A DNA stretch of 56,924 nt from Paludibacter sp. GTDB lineage: Bacteria > Bacteroidota > Bacteroidia > Bacteroidales > Paludibacteraceae. The notes under the pieces were generated by a model. That model saw only the letters and a program-made list of their open reading frames with translations, had not been told where the DNA came from and did no database searches. Location: contig JBAWXD010000001.1 in assembly GCA_037144275.1 (NCBI GenBank), forward strand, positions 1 through 56,924. Direction: 5' to 3'. Positions 53,562 through 56,924 of this stretch are shown piece after piece. Position 1 is the first letter of the stretch. Each line of letters begins with the position of its first letter. The position numbers and the translations under genes are program-made.

Positions 53562-56255
53562 ATGAAAAGATATTTCTGTATTTTATTGTTGTTTGTCTTC
53601 TATATAAATTCTTATGCCGCAATTATTAAAGGGCATGTAATTGATAGCGACACACATGAATTTGTACCTGCTGTAATAGTCAGTATTCGAGGAACAAAAT
53701 TAGTGACTGTAGCTGATGCAAATGGAGAGTATATCTTTAATAATATTCCCAGGGGAACATATATTTTATCTGCCAGGATGGTGGGTTATAAATTTACTAT
53801 TAAAGAAGAGATAAGCCTGAAATCGGTTAAAGATGAATTTAATTACGACATCTATTTACGACCTGACTCAAGGGATTTATCCAATGTGGAAGTAAAAGGG
53901 ATTAAGAATAAAGAAACCGATGCCATGGCACGGTTGGATGAAAAGATGGCTTCAAATGTTATTAATATTATGTCTGCTAAGACTATCGAAGTGCTCCCTG
54001 ATTTAAATGTAGCCAATGTGATGCAACGCATTTCAGGAGTATCGATGGTGAAAAACAGTACAGGTAATAATACGGAAGCAATAATCAGGGGGATGCCTCC
54101 ACGTTACAGTAACACGCAGATTAATGGCTCCGCTGCTCCCAGTACAAGTGGTTCGGTTCGTTCTGTTCCATTGGATATTATTCCCTCAAACTTAGTAGGA
54201 AGAGTGGAAGTAACCAAGGCACTGACACCCGATCAGGAAGGAAATGGATTAGGAGGAACAGTAAATGTAGAAATGAAAGATGCTCCCGATAAGCCACTTT
54301 TTTCAGTGGACTTAGCTACAGGATATAATCAGTTTTTTTTCGACCATCAACTGACAACTTTTAATAGTAGTGTTGTTGTAATGAAAGATCCGGCTGAAAG
54401 AAACTTAAGTCAGTATCCTGATTATTCTTATCTGGCTAATCTTTCAGATTTTACCAGAGAAAATATGGTAATAAAACAAGTACAAGCTCCGCTTGATTTA
54501 AATGGGAGCTTTTCTTTTGGTCACAGATACTTCCATAATAAATTTGGTGTTTTGGTTTCGGCTACTGTAACTAATACCAGTCAGGGAAGTATTGATACAA
54601 ATTTCACTCCTGATTTGTCGGTTTATAATATTATATCCTATACTTCAAAAAACAGAAGACCCTATGATACACAGGCACTAAGAATTGGCTCAAATATCAA
54701 ACTGGATTATCAGATTGACGCTAAAAACAGAATTAGTCTATACAATTCATATTTTCAGATGCGGGAGACTAAAGCACGTAATGAATCTGATACAACTGCA
54801 GAGATTAATTGGGGAAGAGTAGGCTCAAATGATGTTACAAATATTGATATTTCAACTTTAAACAGCTTTAATCTTCAGGGACATCACGATTTGTCGAAAA
54901 AATTAGAACTAGACTGGACTCTTCTGTACTCTGTAGCCACATCGCAATCACCCGATTTAGTAACTGTAAATTATGTTCAGATTATTCATCCCACCGTACA
55001 ACCTGTTTATCTAAATTATTCAAGTTGTGTAACCCGTGAGTGGCAGCACAATACCGACGAAAACAAAGATGCTTATTTGAATATAAAATACAAACCCATT
55101 ATTTTCGACCATAATTTTGATTTTAAAGTGGGTGGAATGGCCCGGGTTAAATTCAGAAATAATTATGCTAACGAATACACCTTTGATGCTCCGATTGTCA
55201 ATCCTCCAAATCCAAATATTGAAACAGTTGATCTTACTCAAAACCGGAATGCCCAACAACGAAACGGGAATCCGATAAATAATCCGGGGAACTATAAAGC
55301 AACTGAAAATATTGAAGCTGTCTATGGACAGGTAAAAACAAACTTTGGAAAACTACAGGTTTTGACAGGGGTTCGCGTTGAATTTACTTACCAAACCAAT
55401 TATCACAGTGAAACTCAGAATGTATTAGTTCCGTTCACAACGAATAAATTCAGATACTTCGATGTACTTCCGAGTCTCCACCTGAATTATCAGTTGACAG
55501 ATAAACAAAACCTTCGGTTCTCAGCTTATCAGGGAATAAGCCGACCTAATTATACCGATTTGGTTGATTTTTACGCACAGGGTGTAAATGGTGGATCGCA
55601 GGGGAATCCATATTTAAATCATTCACGTGGGACTTGTTACGACGCAAGGTACGAAATGTACATAAACAAAGAAGAAATATTAACTGCCGGTGCTTTTTAT
55701 AAATACATTGAACATCCCATTGTAGATATGCTCGGAGCTAACAATCAAACCCGTCCTGTAAATTTACCAAATCCATGTACCAACTTTGGTTTCGAGTTAG
55801 TTGGGATTAAATATTTCGGAAATTTTGGAATTAGCTGTAATTACACTTTTACTTATTCCAGAATGGAATATACAAAAAATTATTACCCTTCGCCCGATGT
55901 GGTTGAAAAGAAGATAGAAATTATTCCCTTAGTGGGTCAGTCACCCCATATTATCAATGCAGCGCTTAATTACAGAGATGTGTCATGTGGGTTTAAATGC
56001 CAGCTTGTTTATACCATGCAGGGTGAAAACCTGAAAAGAATTGAATCGGATTATGGGGCAGATACCTATCAACGCACATTTCATGATTTAGGAGCTACTG
56101 CCGAAAAGACCTTGTTTAAAAATGGACTTTTGTATGCAAAAATTAATAACATATTAAACTCAAAAGTGGAGTATTATATAAAAAAATACACGGGTACACA
56201 AGAGAGTATATCAACAAGCATGAGTTTCCTGGTTGGATTAAAATATAATTTATAA
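53562..56255 (+). CDS. TonB-dependent receptor (N-terminal carboxypeptidase-regulatory-like domain, plug, barrel); not SusC-type
   Basis: Signal peptide from MKRYFC (ATG 53562); LPDLNVANVMQRISGVS..IRGM..RY plug; EVTKALTPD..G.GLGG.VN; terminal GLKYNL. Confidence 0.88.
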   Translation: MKRYFCILLLFVFYINSYAAIIKGHVIDSDTHEFVPAVIVSIRGTKLVTVADANGEYIFNNIPRGTYILSARMVGYKFTIKEEISLKSVKDEFNYDIYLRPDSRDLSNVEVKGIKNKETDAMARLDEKMASNVINIMSAKTIEVLPDLNVANVMQRISGVSMVKNSTGNNTEAIIRGMPPRYSNTQINGSAAPSTSGSVRSVPLDIIPSNLVGRVEVTKALTPDQEGNGLGGTVNVEMKDAPDKPLFSVDLATGYNQFFFDHQLTTFNSSVVVMKDPAERNLSQYPDYSYLANLSDFTRENMVIKQVQAPLDLNGSFSFGHRYFHNKFGVLVSATVTNTSQGSIDTNFTPDLSVYNIISYTSKNRRPYDTQALRIGSNIKLDYQIDAKNRISLYNSYFQMRETKARNESDTTAEINWGRVGSNDVTNIDISTLNSFNLQGHHDLSKKLELDWTLLYSVATSQSPDLVTVNYVQIIHPTVQPVYLNYSSCVTREWQHNTDENKDAYLNIKYKPIIFDHNFDFKVGGMARVKFRNNYANEYTFDAPIVNPPNPNIETVDLTQNRNAQQRNGNPINNPGNYKATENIEAVYGQVKTNFGKLQVLTGVRVEFTYQTNYHSETQNVLVPFTTNKFRYFDVLPSLHLNYQLTDKQNLRFSAYQGISRPNYTDLVDFYAQGVNGGSQGNPYLNHSRGTCYDARYEMYINKEEILTAGAFYKYIEHPIVDMLGANNQTRPVNLPNPCTNFGFELVGIKYFGNFGISCNYTFTYSRMEYTKNYYPSPDVVEKKIEIIPLVGQSPHIINAALNYRDVSCGFKCQLVYTMQGENLKRIESDYGADTYQRTFHDLGATAEKTLFKNGLLYAKINNILNSKVEYYIKKYTGTQESISTSMSFLVGLKYNL

Positions 56256-56289
56256 ACAAACTATTTATCAATTAAAAACAAAAATCAAA

Positions 56290-56924
56290 ATGAAAACAAA
56301 AAACTTTCTGTTAATTGCTATCGGAACTGTGATAGCATTATCGTCATGTACATCTTCAGGTAATGACCTGATTGATGCAACTGCCAATTATCCTAAAACC
56401 CCTGCAAGCTATGTAAAAAGCAGAAATCTGACAGGTGCTTTAAAAGGTACTTTGAAACAGGACTCTACCTATTATTTGGTTGGAAATGTTGCTGTAGCAA
56501 AAGGTGATACACTTGCTGTTCAGCCGGGTGCTACCATTATTGCTAAAGGAAACTTTCAGTTTCAGGTGTCAGGAACTTTGCTGAGTTTAGGAACTGAAGC
56601 TAAACCGGTAACTTTTACTTCAGGTGATGCTACACGCTTTACTGATTTGGCAACTTACACAGGACACTGGGGTGGATTTGTTTTTGATTCTACAGCAGTT
56701 TATGTTTTCGTAAAATACACTCACATTAACTTTACAGGCGGTCCTGATTCAGGTGGTGGAGCACAAGCAAGTTTTGATGTGGAAGGAAGCCAGACTTACA
56801 ATGGTGGAGCTTATATTATTGTTGAAGATAGCTGGTTTTATGGTGGTATCGATGATGGTATTCACTTAGCAGGTAATATTACTACCAGTATCAAACGGAA
56901 TGTAATCCAACGTCTGGGAGGTCC
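56290..56924 (+). CDS. Lipoprotein with predicted right-handed beta-helix fold (3'-truncated; absent from the ORF track)
   Basis: MKTKNFLLIAIGTVIALSSC lipobox; GDTLAVQPGATI..GTEAKPVTFTS..GHWGG..DDGIHL; frame open to the window end. Confidence 0.8.
   Translation, partial: MKTKNFLLIAIGTVIALSSCTSSGNDLIDATANYPKTPASYVKSRNLTGALKGTLKQDSTYYLVGNVAVAKGDTLAVQPGATIIAKGNFQFQVSGTLLSLGTEAKPVTFTSGDATRFTDLATYTGHWGGFVFDSTAVYVFVKYTHINFTGGPDSGGGAQASFDVEGSQTYNGGAYIIVEDSWFYGGIDDGIHLAGNITTSIKRNVIQRLGG

Noticed and set aside
53302-53622. 106-aa minus-strand ORF
   Set aside because: It runs across a terminator, a promoter and the TBDR start in AT-rich DNA, with no recognisable motif.
838-55259. Numerous 60-125 aa ORFs antisense or out of frame within long genes (e.g. 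7487-7849, 21726-22103, 42138-42482, 43726-44055)
   Set aside because: Shadow ORFs of well-supported genes, with no motifs or independent expression signals.

Overview
About 57 kb of AT-rich chromosome from a Bacteroidota organism, probably Paludibacter-like Bacteroidales. This is inferred from the TAnnTTTG promoters, a T9SS cargo protein, an EF-G2 with the Bacteroidales insert and a CzcA-TolC fusion. From left to right: a 5'-truncated T9SS-secreted GH13; a type IIG restriction-modification gene bracketed by two copies of one palindrome; DUF6660-czcA(TolC fusion)-czcB metal efflux; acyl-CoA dehydrogenase, rlmF and nnr; a TetR/TolC/HlyD/ABC exporter operon; housekeeping genes (punA, lpxK, yidD, rnpA, hemD, LOG, argD, fba); a LiaF-like gene with a membrane-anchored LytTR; fusA2; and a ~16 kb phosphate-starvation island. 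The island holds MFS-phoR-phoB, phoU, an unannotated 57-aa membrane peptide, pstBAC, porin-pstS, a PlcP-like phosphoesterase with a glycosyltransferase, and a TonB-dependent receptor with a beta-helix lipoprotein. Most notable: (1) Five promoters in the island share one architecture, four 11-bp-period TGTAACA-like units followed exactly 16 nt later by the -7 element. This ties a probable phospholipid-to-glycolipid remodelling pair and an uncharacterised TBDR/lipoprotein system to PhoB. (2) A Cys-rich, QPP-ending leader ORF in front of czcA looks like a metal-sensing ribosome-arrest peptide. (3) Three families of small dispersed repeats (two palindromic REP-like families and 7-bp-period arrays) sit against stop and start codons and have entered coding sequence in frame. 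No tRNA, rRNA, CRISPR array or transposase was seen. All family assignments come from motif recognition; no database search was run.
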